Positions 24,401 to 37,392 of a DNA stretch of 64,000 nt are shown here, piece by piece. This stretch comes from Cetorhinus maximus (Eukaryota). Both the position numbers and the translations under genes were made by a program. The stretch's first letter is position 1; the number at the start of each line of letters is the position of its first letter. The stretch lies in the NCBI RefSeq assembly GCF_964194155.1, contig NC_135911.1, positions 8,742,001 to 8,806,000 of the forward strand. The letters are read 5' to 3'. The notes below the pieces were generated by a model. The model had not been told where the DNA came from. It searched no databases and was given only the letters and a program-made list of their open reading frames with translations.

Positions 24401-26863
24401 TAGAAACAAAAAGTGCTGGAAAAGCTCAGCAGGTCTGGCAGCATCAGCATAGTGGTGTTGTCACTGCGTTGGTATTCCAGAGATAAAGGGTTCAAATCTC
24501 ACCACAGCATGGGGAATGAATCCAATAAAAACCTGGAAGTAAAAGTCTGACGAAAGCCATTGCTGAATGTTATAAAACCCCAGCTGACGTGATGCCCTTT
24601 ACATAAGGAAATCTGCTATCCTTACCTTGTCTAGCCTACAGCTTGACTCTGAATGAAGGCAAATAAATGCTGGCTTTGCCAGTGGTGCCCACTTCCCATG
24701 AATGAATTTTTAAAAATGTAGCCAGTATTCTGGAATTCCCAAACAACCCCCCCCCACCCCCACCCCAACATTCTGGGTCACAATCGCTTGCTTCCCTGTC
24801 GCCAATGATCAAAGTAGGGTCTTGCCCACTTGGAGCTGCATTTCCAGTTGAACCACTTTCCCCCCCCCCAAAACGGAGCATACATTATCGACATTGGTCA
24901 GAACCATTCCAATTGGAAGGGTGTAGAGCTCTTTCATCCCAGCACTAGGGGCAGGTTGAGCAATTTGCGGACAGTCGCCGATGAGTCCTTCTTTATACTT
25001 AGGTTCTAATTGGATCAGCCATTGTTCACCCAGGTCCGATCAATGTGTAATCTTGGCTGGAACAAAGTGTAGTTGTAGAGGGAGAGAGAGAGGGAGAGAG
25101 ATAACAGAACCAGCGAGCTTGCTGTAGTGGAAATGACACGACTGTTTTTTAATAGGAAAGAGGGGGAGGAATGAATGTCCTGTTCAGAGACAGAAAGCAA
25201 AAGACACACAAGGAATGGCAGAAAATGTTAGAGCATGGGGTGGGTCGGGGTTGGAAGGGGTGGGTAGGGGTTGGAAGGGGTGGGTAGGAGTTGGAAGTGG
25301 GGGGTGGTTGGGGGAATGGGTGGGGGCGGGGGTTCAAATTGAATTGAAATTCAGTGAATCAGTCTGGAAAATTGAAAGCTTATCCTCAGCAATGGTGACC
25401 ATCATTGATTGTGGTAAAAAGAAAGCTCATCTGGTTCACTATTGTCCTTTAGGGAAGGAAATCTGCCGTCTTTACCTGGTCTGGCCTACATGTGGCTCCA
25501 GACCCACAGCAACGTGGATAACCCCTAACTGTCCTCTGAAATGGCCGATCAAGCCGTTCAGTTCAAGGGCAAATTAGAGATGGACAACAAATGCTGGCCT
25601 TGCCACGTCCCAATGAAAAACAAAATAAAGCAATTGGATAGATAATTGATGGGCCAAATTATAGGGGTTATGGAGTAAGGCCAGGGTGAGGGGAATAGAT
25701 TAGACCGCTTTGCAAATGAGCTGTCAGAGGTACGATGGGCTGAAGGATCTCACCCGCTGGTGATTCATTCTATGTTTCCACGAGTCCATGCTTTAGAAGT
25801 GTCTAAGAGAGCTGGCGTTGTAACTGTCCCAAACAATCCAGGAGGATGGATGTCAAATCTGCACGCCAATATGGACACACACTTAATAACGAGAGCAAAA
25901 CACAGGTACAACATTCTGTGATGGAAATGGGAATGACCCAATAAACAATGATTAAATACTAACACTGGTGACACATGTATATGCTTTAACATATTTCCTC
26001 CTGAATATTTCAACATAAGTCAAAATAACTGATTACATATATTAGTTGGAATTAATTCTGGTGGACAACATTTAATATGCCAACTTGGGAATATAAACTA
26101 GAGCATTAATGCTTTATTACAATGCATAACAGTAATAATAATACCGTCAATAATACCTCATTTCCCTTAGTGGCGCTGTCACTAATGGAGGGGCGATTTA
26201 AAATAGTTGAACCAAGATTGGATGGAGGTTGAGGGGCAATGTTTCCACCCAGAGGGTGCAGGGGGGACTTAAACTCACTTCCGGAAATCATGGTAGAAGC
26301 AAAATCCCTAATCACATTTAAAACGTACTTGGATTTTCACAAGGGTACAGGCAAAGTGCAAAAATGTGGGGCTAGGTTGGATAGCTGCTCCTGGGCCAGC
26401 ACAGACATAATGGGCCAAATGACCTCCCTCCATGCTATAGCACTGCACGACCCATTATAAGCAGAAGGCTTCACCCCTGATGAATTGTATGAGTGAACTT
26501 GTATCTCTGGAACAGGGTGGAAAGCCAAGTCCGGAGACTTGACCTGAAAGCCCCTACCTGTTGCAATAGGGACCTTTATTCAACGCATGTCCTCGGACTT
26601 TAATATGTTAACCATTTTCACCCAGAAGGATAACGTTTAATTGCAACACTGAATGTAAACTCTATAAATCCAATAACATTGCACTAAGCTTCAAGTTACA
26701 AACGGCAGTGGGGCAGATTATTTGAGTTAGGAATAATGGTTTTATTTAAGTCCAAGTTGTGTTGCAATGCAGGGTAACGTCTAAATGTATTTGAATGCCT
26801 TGAAAGTTACCGTTCAGCTTTAGCAGCACTCCACCGACGAATATATCAAAAAGTGGAATAAAT

Positions 26864-26989
26864 CTACTTCTGTTTGAGAATGCCATACACAATGCCTTCT
26901 GAACCAGCATTATCTTCACTGGGGCACTCTTTGTGGTATGTCCTTTGCTGGGGCATGTTCAGGGAGGAATACACGATCTCACGATGTCA
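26864..26989 (-). pseudogene. Pseudogene terminal exon retaining two ITIMs (*HREIVYSSL...GIVYGILKQK*)
   Basis: Aligns with 49710-49844; its first codon is TGA where the intact copy has TGT. Confidence 0.82.
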
Positions 26990-27518
26990 CTGCTAACGCA
27001 AAAAAGCGTTTTACCATAGCGAATACTTTATCATCAGGCACTAAACATTCCTTTCCAATGTTTTCTCTGCTTACGAAAGGGTACAGGTATGTCTGCACAT
27101 AAGAACAGCACGATTATCTCGTTTGACACACGGGAGTAAAGCACAACTCTGCAAACTGAGAAAAATTAATAGGGACTTGCAATCACAACCGCAGAGATGC
27201 CCCAAAGTGCCTCTCAGTCAATGATGTATTTTTAAGTGAGGGAACTGACACAATGCACGAAACGTGGCATCAGGCTTATGCACACTAAAAACATCGCAAA
27301 CGCATTGGAGGTGGTTCAGAGGAGTTTTACTAGGCTGATATCTGGAATGAGTGGGTTGTCTTATGAGGAAAGGTTGGACAGACTACGCTTGCTTAGAGGA
27401 GTGAAGGGTGATTTGATTGAAGATTCTGAATGGTCTTGACAGGGTGGACGTGGAAAGGATGTTTCCTCTTGTGGATGAGTCCAGAACTAGGGGGTACTGT
27501 TTTAAAATTAGGGGTCGC

Positions 27519-28321
27519 TGCTATGACACAGCAGTTGGCCAAGGCTGAGTTATTTAAAATCCCAGAGGGAAACTTTAATCAACTGTCACAATTTTCAGTT
27601 GGTATGGTTGAGATGCAGCTCGGAATTCAGGAATAAAATCAACAGGCCTCAAGAGTTTTTTTTTTGTAAATTAAATTAAACATTCATTAATTTAACAACA
27701 AATTTAAACACATACACATGTCTACAAATTACTACCAGAATAACTTTTAAACAAATCCCCAAATTAATCACTCCCAGGTAAATCTTCACCAACGCAACAA
27801 TAATCCATAGACTTAAACAGACACCGGGCAAAGCACATTTTATCTTACGAATTCAAAATGAGATTCCTTTCAATTTGTTCCTTTGCAGACAGTTGTAGGC
27901 TTACAGGCCGGTTAGATCTGACATGCCTCTGACCCACACCCAAAACTCTTTTCTGTATATACCTAGCCTTCCCTTTGAATGTACATTTCCATTGTATCAC
28001 CAGGGCCTTTGAACTCCACCTCTTCTAACAATAAAACCCTTTTCATAGTACCAATTTTATTAGTAATATAAATATATTGCTTGGTGTCTCCTAGCTAGGT
28101 GCAAGATTTCACCCCCAATCTTTGAATTCAATCGATTCAATGAAATGCAAATGTACCACTTAACTTACTGTTTAACATCTCAAAACTACTGTACATCAAA
28201 GTACCCAGACTAGCTGGCTTTAATCCAATTAACACACATACTCACAGACACAGACCCTATTACAAGTCCAATTTAAAATAATTCCCAATAGCATTATATA
28301 CATTAATATCTCTTCATGACA
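27519..28321. mobile_element. Solo LTR inserted in a CR1 fragment
   Basis: TG...CA termini (tgctatga / tcatgaca), 5-bp TSD gtcgc/gttgc; CR1 sequence resumes on both sides. Confidence 0.65.
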
Positions 28322-31300
28322 GTTGCCTTTTCAGGGAAGAGATGAGGATAATTATTTTCTCTTAGAGGGTTTTGTGACTTTGGAACTCTCTGCCTCAGAA
28401 GGTGGAGAAGGCGGGGTCCTTGAATATTTTTAAGGTGGAGGTAGACAGAATCTTGTTAGGCAAGGGTATCAAAGGTTATTGGGGGTAGATGGGAATGTGG
28501 AATTCAACAGGCAGACAGATCAGCCATGATCTTGTTGAATGGTGGAGCAGGCTTGAGGGGCCGAATGGCCTACTTCTGCTTCTATTTCGTATGTTTGTAA
28601 ATGTGATCAGGACCAGATAATTTGTTGTTGAGGCGTGGAAGGAGGGCTAAATATTGGAGAACTGATCTTTTATTGCTTGCCTGAGAGACCCTTGGTTTAA
28701 TGCCCAAGGTGAGACCCTTTGCACAGTACATGTTTCTGGATCTGGAGTGGGCCTTGGTCCCATGAACTGTGGGCTTCAAGCAGGACAATGCTACTAACAT
28801 TAACCTTTCAACATTTGGTAGTCCCTCAAATTAGTCCCTCTTATCAGGTTCTTTTTTAAAAACTCACTCGTGGGATGTAGCCAGCATCCTTCCCTTAATT
28901 GTCTGGGTTCAACCACATTGTTGCAGGTCTGACATTAGTGGACTGGCTTTTAATTCCAGATTTTTATTGAATTCAAATCTTTCTATCTGCCATGGTGGAA
29001 TTGAACTCAGGTCCCCAGAGAATTACCCTGATTTCTGGAGCACTAGTCAGTGAAAAGTACCAGTATGCCACCTAAACACTATCTGCTAGCCAGCTTTTGT
29101 TGATTTCAGGCACACTCGTACTGGTTATAAGCTATGTCAGACATTACTCTGAGATAAAAAGATTTTCGAAGAATGTGAATCATCTATTTCCATCCTGCAA
29201 GCTTTGTTTCAGCATGAGGGGAAAAAAAAAACACAGCAAGAGAGTGGTTGGTGATTGCTTAAGGTCAACGTATTCATTCCTTCTAAATCTGTGCACACAC
29301 TAACCCGCTTTCCATTGTTGTATCCGTCCAGCCTCTCATCTCTCCACCCAATCGACCTATTAGCCTGTCGGTGTGTGATGCACCACCCCGCAGCAGAGTT
29401 TAGCAATGCGCTTGGTGTGATAATTGAATAATTTTCTGATGATGGCTTTATCTCTATTGATCTATCTGTCTCTGCATCCATTTACCATTCAGCTATTATA
29501 TACCCAGCTAGCTGGCAAGCTTTTAGGCTATCATCTATCTGCCTATCCATCTATCCAGCCTGTTAGAGTTTTGAAGACGGGACCTTGGACTGAATGTTAA
29601 CTCAGCTCCTCACTCCATAGCTGCTGTCAGACCTGTTGGGTATTTTGAACACTTTCTGTTATTTAATTGCCTGGCTATACATCTATGTATTTATTTTTGC
29701 ATGTACGTATGCATGTATGCATCTATCGCTCTACCTATCTACCAANNNNNNNNNNNNNNNNNNNNNNNNNNNNNNNNNNNNNNNNNNNNNNNNNNNNNNN
29801 NNNNNNNNNNNNNNNNNNNNNNNNNNNNNNNNNNNNNNNNNNNNNNNNNNNNNNNNNNNNNNNNNNNNNNNNNNNNNNNNNNNNNNNNNNNNNNNGTCTA
29901 TCTNNNNNNNNNNNNNNNNNNNNNNNNNNNNNNNNNNNNNNNNNNNNNNNNNNNNNNNNNNNNNNNNNNNNNNNNNNNNNNNNNNNNNNNNNNNNNNNNN
30001 NNNNNNNNNNNNNNNNNNNNNNNNNNNNNNNNNNNNNNNNNNNNNNNNNNNNNNNNNCTGTCTATCTGTCTTTCTGCCCATCCATCCACCTACCTACCCA
30101 CCCACCCATCTGTCCGCCCATCATCCATCTACCCAGACATCCACCCCTAGATTATTAAGAATATTCAATAGAGTCCTGTACAGATGGCTGGTTCTCTTCA
30201 TATCAATAATAAGTTTGCCTTGTACTTCACCTACCAATGATCAATGTGAATCCCTTGATAAAAATGAAATGGAACAACTGCTATCCTGAATTTTTATGCT
30301 CATTTTCTGATAAGTATTAACGTGTCCCAGTGTTAGCTTAGGTATCTGACTGTCAGTGTCCTGGTGAATCATGTAACTAGAGTGGCAGGAAGGGCTTTAA
30401 ACTAATAAAGCAGAGGGAGGATTAGCGTAAGGGTCAATGCAGAACTCCGAAGAGAAAAGGCAATTGTGACTAAATCCTCGATCACCCTGCCTTTAGCTCA
30501 CCTCAAATCTAATTTACATTAAAATGAAATCTGTTTTTTATTCTTGTACTGTCACATTATAATAGACAGATGTGAAATTGAAAAATCTCAGGTGAAAACA
30601 GTAGCACTATATTTCCTGAATAAATTCTTCCAACTAATGTTCAGCTTAGAAATGAGTTATGAGAATGATTTAGCTGTAGCTGTCAGGCATCATGAGTTTG
30701 AGGTGGGTATCAATTGGAATTAGGAGCAATCTGGTGGAGTTTTTACACTCCAGGTACTTCTACATACTAAAGCTCATGTCTTGTTTGGATTTGGGAAAAA
30801 CTGCATAGTTGCTCCATGTGCAGATCCAACTCAATCTCAATTTGAAGTCATAGTGATAGAAGGTCCTCTGGGGCGCCAGTGCAAAACGGTCTGATTTGGA
30901 CCACCAGTTGTATACTCTGCCAGACATTAAATTCAATTGACATTAATTGAACTCCACGCTAGTTCTGGCGAGTAGCAGACAGCGTTTCAAGTCTCTCCCT
31001 CCAGTCAGTTGCGATATGGCAGACCTGTACCTTATCTCGGTTTGCCCAGATTGGTCCCATAATTCTCTTGACGAACAAAACTCTTAAACATCTCAGTTTC
31101 AGAATGTTCAAATTGCTTAGCCTCTAATGATTTCCGGCAGGGAGAAATTTTAATCCTTAAATCTTCGTTATTTTACCCTGTCCTTAGCTAATTTAGACAG
31201 TGGAGATGGAGGGAATAGCAGAGCTGGAGGGTGTGAATTGAGAGAGAGTAAAAGAGAGGGATGAGTGTAAAAATGGGAGGCAGACCATGATGGAGAAATT

Positions 31301-31534
31301 GAGAAAAAAGAGAGAAGTAGACAGATATCAGAGATTTGGATGAAGGGAAGATTTGCTTTTAGAAGCTCATGTTGAAGTATCACATGAATGGTCTCCTGGA
31401 GCATATTTTGATAACAAGGTATTATGGATCACCTGAAACTTGCAGGTAAAATAAGGACACAGCTGCCACAAAATGGATTTTTATTCAGTTTTATCAAATT
31501 TTGACCTCCATTTGAATATCCATTAGAAAAAAGG

Positions 31535-31856
31535 ACATTTTTGTTGAAGTTTTTCATCTTGCACTCATCAGGATAATGGCAAGAAGACCAACGTCAGGTG
31601 AAGCAACAGCCATTCTCTGTTCATTCCTCTGGGCAATTAGAGTCAAGCAGCCTGGTTTAAAATTTCAAACAATGCTTGGCAGTTAACTGTTGGTCACCAG
31701 TAACTAGTGCATTCTCCAAGGCAACGTCTCTAGCATTCAGAGCCCATTTTCCCACCAATCAGCACTCTCTTCTCATACAGCATAAACCTGTCGCTCTCCC
31801 CTGACATTCTTGTGATTGTCCTGATGAGTCTTAGATGAAAAGCTTCAACAAAATGT
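31535..31856. mobile_element. Short Penelope-derived element with inverted hammerhead-containing termini
   Basis: Plus strand 31821-31846 reads CTGATGA-GTC-TTA-GAT-GAAA-AGCTTC; inverted copy at 31545-31572. Confidence 0.65.
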
Positions 31857-32587
31857 ATTGTCTGTTTCAAGCCCTGAGCTACCAAGTGACAATCCTTTAA
31901 AACACGTAAGAGACATTTTCTCCAGAATGGGCGCCAATGTGTTATTGGCTCAGGGACGAGTGAAGGCGATTTTTAATTTGGTGTAAAAGTGGTGCTTATC
32001 ACACAAATGATTAGCATAAATCCCGCCCGAGTTTCCCGCCCCCTGTCACCTGTGTTGCTCCGGAGATGAAATTTAAAGTAGCCCTTAAAGTCGTGGATTT
32101 CCGGTAGAATCTCAGGGAGCTTGGGGGTGGGGTTGGGTGGTGGGGGTTGGGTGGTAACGTTTGAGGAGCAAAATTGGGCGGGGCGTGTAATGGGCGGGCA
32201 CTCCACTTCCTGCCAACTCAAACAGATGGGGCTCAGAGTCGGTGGGCCATTCTGTAACTTCAGAGTGAGAGAGATGTGGCCATGCATTGAATATTTGAGG
32301 CAGTTTTACCACCTTGCTGCTATTGCCAAGACAATTTGCCAAGAGGAGAGGTGGGAACATGCAGTGGACGGAGAACAGGCGTGAGTGAAGTGGCCAGCGG
32401 AAGGACCAATGGGGTTATAAAAGGTCTCAGAACCTATGAATGTTACTTCCTGCCCGGTGGTAAAGGTGAGAATTCATCCTCCTCAACTGATTATTTTGGG
32501 TGAACAGGCGCTGTCAATCTAAGAGAACGGGCAGAGGCCACAGAGTGGCATGTACCTCCTGGAGTGCTACAGTCACAACCACCTTTG

Positions 32588-33498
32588 TTACTTTGATGAG
32601 GAGAAAAGTTCACCAATAAGAGTAAAAGGATATTTCACCGCCCTCTTCAGCTCCTCTCTGATCTTACTCTAGGTCAGTGCATAAACGTCAGTGTGTGTAC
32701 AGGAGCTCAGGTAGAACAGCCTGGTCCCAGTTATATCGGCAGTACTAACCGGGTGGTTATAACTAGGGTAAGAGTGGTTGTTGGAGATCTCCATCAGTAA
32801 GAAAACACAGATCTTGGTCATCCACAGCAAGATAAAACTGCCCGATCCAGCAAACAGCAGAATGATGGACTTCCGCCTGTTGGCCACCTCGGCATCTCCT
32901 CGCTGCTCCCCCTTTCTGGGACCTCGGAGGCCCCTGTGGGCTCGATTGGCCAGCACAATGTGCCTGACGTTCAGAGCATTGAGCAACAGGATCAGGAGGT
33001 AGGGGCTCAATGGGTTCAGTAGGTGGTGGAGCCAGAAAAATGCCACCCAACCCGGCGAGGTGTAGAATTCCAGTCTGGTGGCACAGCCCCAGGGTACACC
33101 GCCCCATGTGCCGTAAGGTCGGAACTTAAAGTAAAAAGGGACATTCCTCAAAATGTTGAACAGGCAAACGGTCGTTACCAACGCCGCCGCTGTTTTCTCT
33201 GTGCAATATCTGGATTTCAGATTGTGACAGCAAATGGCCACGAACCGGTCAAAGGTGAAAGCGATGGTCAACCAAACGGAACAGTCTATAGCAGCGTAAC
33301 CCAGGATGGCGTTAGCGCTGCACACCACCGTGTAGAACAGGAATGAGAATGGGAAATAGCTGGAACTAAGTGTAGTGAGTATGACATCGAAGATAATGAC
33401 CATTTGATCGGCTGTCGCCATGGAGACCAGGTAGAGAGAAACACCTTTGCCGAGGCCGCACTTTCCCCTAGACAGGGTCACAATCGTCACTAAATTAG
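32588..33498 (-). pseudogene. GPR139/GPR142-like class A orphan GPCR, main exon with premature stop
   Basis: Acceptor tcttccag| then ANLVTIVTLSRGKCGL...YLVSMATAD...SVWLTIAFTFDRFVAIC...RRKSIILLF. TAG at 32669-32671 interrupts YALT*SKIREELK; the frame continues to TAA at 32588. First exon not located. Confidence 0.8.
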
Positions 33499-36118
33499 CT
33501 GGAAGATAAATTGAGAAGTTGTTGAATATTGAGAAGGGTGATGAGCCATCGTTACCACAGTGTGACCCAATGAAAGAATAATCATCGGGTAAAATATCCA
33601 ACAGTGAGCTTCTATTAACGTCACGTAGAGAGACACACATTTAAACACCAGTTCTGTAATGGTACAATTTAAGGTACAATTTAAAGTCTCATGAATTGTT
33701 CATGAGAAGGAATGAAACATATAGCGATTCAAACAAGATAATCTACAGGACTAGTGGGTATTAATAGCTCTGGGCAATAGGTTTTTTTAAAAACAGATTT
33801 GAATCTCTAAAGTGTGCTTTGCACCCACCAGATTGTCAAAGCACTTTATAGCCAATGAAATACGTTTTGAAGCATATTCACCATTGCTATGCGTGAAACC
33901 CACAGCCCATCTTACGCACAGCAAGATCCCACAAACAGCCATGCAATGCTGACCAGCCAATCTGGTATTGGGATGTTGATGAAGGGATAAGTATTGGCCA
34001 GGACCCCAGGGATAAATGATGCCATGGGGAGACCTTTCATATCCAGGAAAGCAGGCAGACGGGGCTTCGGTATGACATCTCACTCCCAAGGCACAGCACC
34101 AATACTGCATTGGTGTATCAGCTCTGATATTTGTGCTCACGCACTGTATGAGAAGGTAAGGTGCACTGTAATGAAGGGCCGGAGATAGCAAACTATGTGT
34201 TGAGGGATCAAGAATAGACAACGGGTGAAATGTCCTTTCAAAGGATGTTTTGAGGTGTTAGAGTTCACACCCCGAGTTATCAGTTCACACAACAACTATT
34301 CCAACATCCCACATTCGACTGCATAGGTAGATGAAAGCAAATAAACCTAATGTATAGGATAAAGCAGCCCTCTTGATTGGCACCCCATCCACAAACATTC
34401 ACTCCCTCCACCACCGACGCACAGTAGCAGCAGTGTGTGTACCATCTACAAGATGCACCGCAGCAACTCGCCAAGGCTCCTTCAACAGCACCTTCCAAAC
34501 CCACGACCACTACCATCTAGAAGGACAAGGGCAGCAGACAGATGGGAACACCATCACCTGGAAGTTCCCCTCCAAGCCACTCGCCATCCTGACTTGGAAA
34601 TATATCGGCTGTTCCTTCACTGTCACTGGGTCAAAACCCAGGAACTCCCTCCCTAACAGCACTGTGGGTGTACCTACACTGAATGGACTGTAGCAGTTCA
34701 AGAAGGCAGCTCACCACCACCTTCTCAAGGGCAACTATGTATATGGGCAATAAATGCTGGCCCAGCCAATGAAGCCGCCACCCTGTGAATTAATGTAATT
34801 AAAACATACTGGAACAGTATGTGTAAATGTGATTAAGTTCAGGAAAAGCACTAACTTGGCCTGGCCATAATTAACAGGTAAGTAAATGTATTGCATAGCG
34901 GTCTCTAGCTTCCTGATGTTTATCCCCTCAATGCCATAGAAATTTAAATGGCAACTGAGTGCCTGTTTCCGACACTGATCTGCATATGGTTGAGAGGGGA
35001 GGCCAAACGCGTTAATTAACTGGGTTGCGGCTCTTTCCCCTAGAAAATGGAAGGCTGAGAGATGAACTGACCTTCACGAATATGTGACCATTGAATGGGG
35101 TGGACATGCCAAACCGGAGCCCTTTGGAAGTGGTAAGATCATCATGAACAAATCCAGTAGGACATTCACGGGAGGCTCTCCTAATCTAGAAAGCGGTTGG
35201 AATATGGAACTCCCGGCCACAAGAGGTATTTGAGATAAATAAAAGAGTTTAAGGGTAAACCAGATAAGTTTACGGGCGAGCAAGGAATACCAGGTTATTT
35301 TGGGAGGATTGGGAGAAATAAGGGGCAGGAGAATCCTGTGGAAATTCACCCCAGGTGGCCCTGTACCTGTGCTGAATATTCCATACAATTGTAATTAATT
35401 TCACTTAAAAAACTCACATCAGTTCAATTCAATTTCATAATACATAAGGAGAGTCGTGCGAACATTAATTTTGTGTACATTCTTCATGGGTTAAAATAAA
35501 ATTATATATAAATGAATAATAACAATTAAAAAAATAATTAACCTATCAGAGATCTAAATTTAATTAACTATGCATCAATACGTGTTTAATTCATTCAAAT
35601 AATCAGCCAGTGAGTCCCAGCCTAAGTACATATCCTCATCCACACATCAAACTCCTGTTCACAGTTCTAAGGGCACGAATGAGTTCAGGAACGAACTTGT
35701 CCTGCGTCTGAGGGATTGTAGCCCTGACCCTGAATGCATCCAGCAGTAAAGCTGAGGCAAGTGGCGACGCTTATAGTTAAAGTGCTCTACGGTTAAAGTT
35801 CATCGAGAGCAGATTTCGCCAGGAGAGGTCTGTTGGTCAAATCTCTTTCTCGCCTGCTTCAAGAATCCTCAGCACTCTCAAGGGGCCTGCTTCTCTGAGA
35901 CAACGGTACCAGGCGTGGCATCCAGCAAGGGCAGCACCCTCAACCACAGCCGCATGGAAGAGTTTCCTGACTGTAGGGTCACCTTCCAAATCCACGGCCT
36001 CTACCATCTAGAAGGACGAGGGGCAGCAGACCCACGGAGAACACCACCACCTCTCGCTGGATCAAAATTCTGGAACCCCTTCCCTAACAGCACTGTGGGT
36101 GCACCTACACCACAGGGA

Positions 36119-36264
36119 AACGAGGTGTCAACTGTGGCTCAGTTCATAGCACCCTCGCCTTTGAATCAGAGGGTTGTGGGTTCGTGTCCCACTCCCGAAA
36201 ACCACGAACTGTGATTGTACTCAAAAGAGTTACAATCTGTGACTGTTGATAACTCGAAAGAGTC
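36119..36264 (+). mobile_element. Short tRNA-headed SINE with ACTC-GAAA-GAGT hairpin tail, nested in an older SINE
   Basis: A box tggctcagtt, B box ggttcgtgtccc; 12-bp TSD acaccacaggga at 36107-36118 and 36265-36276. Confidence 0.7.
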
Positions 36265-37257
36265 ACACCACAGGGACTGCAGTGGTTCAAGAAGGCGGCT
36301 CACCACCACCTTCTCAAGGGGGCAATTAGGGATGGGCAATAAATGCTGGGCCCAGCCAGCAAAGCCCACATCCCGTGAATGAATTTTAAAAAGTCGAGAA
36401 TATTTTGATTTCCTGAGACTAATGTACATCCCTTGCCTACCACGCCTGTGCACCCCCTTCCCTCTCGTTCAACTGGCCAGCCTGCTTTAACACCGAGATC
36501 TCTGTAGCCGGTAACTACTTCAATTTCCCAACCACCAATCTTCGCAGGAACCGTATCATTAACTGTCTTTTTTTGCCTCACTAGTTCTTTCACCTTGGTC
36601 ACCACCTGGTCAAGAGGGATTCACACAATCCGTCAGAAATACTTTTAAGGCAGTGGGCTGGGAGAGCCACTGTTCATCAGTCTGCTCCATGGGCCGGACT
36701 TCCGAGCATGCAGGGCGATTATCCAACTCAATCCAACATTACAGAGTGGTTTGCGGCGCCGGAGGAGGGCCATTCGGCCCGTCGCGCCTGCGCTGGACCT
36801 CCAAAGGAGCACTTCACCGAACGCCTGCTCCCCGCAGCCCTGCACACGCTTTCTCGGTTGACGCTGCCTCCGCCACGCTCTCACCTTCCGGACCCGGGCT
36901 ACTCCTTGCATGGGGGTGAGGGGGTTGGTGAGGGGGATTGCCCCCACCCCCCCCACCCCTCCTTTACCGCCATTGCTTCTCGTGCCAATTGCCTTAAATC
37001 CATGAATATCTTCCAGCCTGCAGAGTCACCGCTCTAGCTTGACAAGGTTTCTCACCACGAAATACAAAGGTTTCAGTAAAAGCTTGAACCGCCCCATCAG
37101 AAAAACGGTTTCCCTCGCTCACCCCCACACACTGGTACAAGTGTCCCGCCTGGTCTGGACTCGCCAGGGTGACGAGCTCCTTTTCAAATAATAGGATAAT
37201 CGAGTACAGGAGGATCCCATTCCACTCTTTGAAAGCGCTTTCCAGTTAGTCCCACTA

Positions 37258-37392
37258 CTGTGGCTCAGTTCATAGCACCTTCGCCTTTGAATCAGAAGGT
37301 CGTGGGTACGTGTCCCACTCCCGGAATCCAAGAACTGTGAATGTACTCGAAAGAGTTGCAATCTGTGACTGTTGATAACTCGAAAGAGTTAC
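37258..37392 (+). mobile_element. Second copy of the hairpin-tail SINE
   Basis: Near-identical to 36130-36264. Confidence 0.7.

Noticed and set aside
32669-33640. The 323-aa ORF as a complete single-exon GPCR
   Set aside because: The first ~47 aa are intron read-through upstream of the acceptor at 33498, and the stop is premature relative to the family C-terminus.
36125-36196. tRNA gene
   Set aside because: A and B boxes are present, but there is no proper acceptor stem; it is multi-copy with a TSD, so a SINE head.
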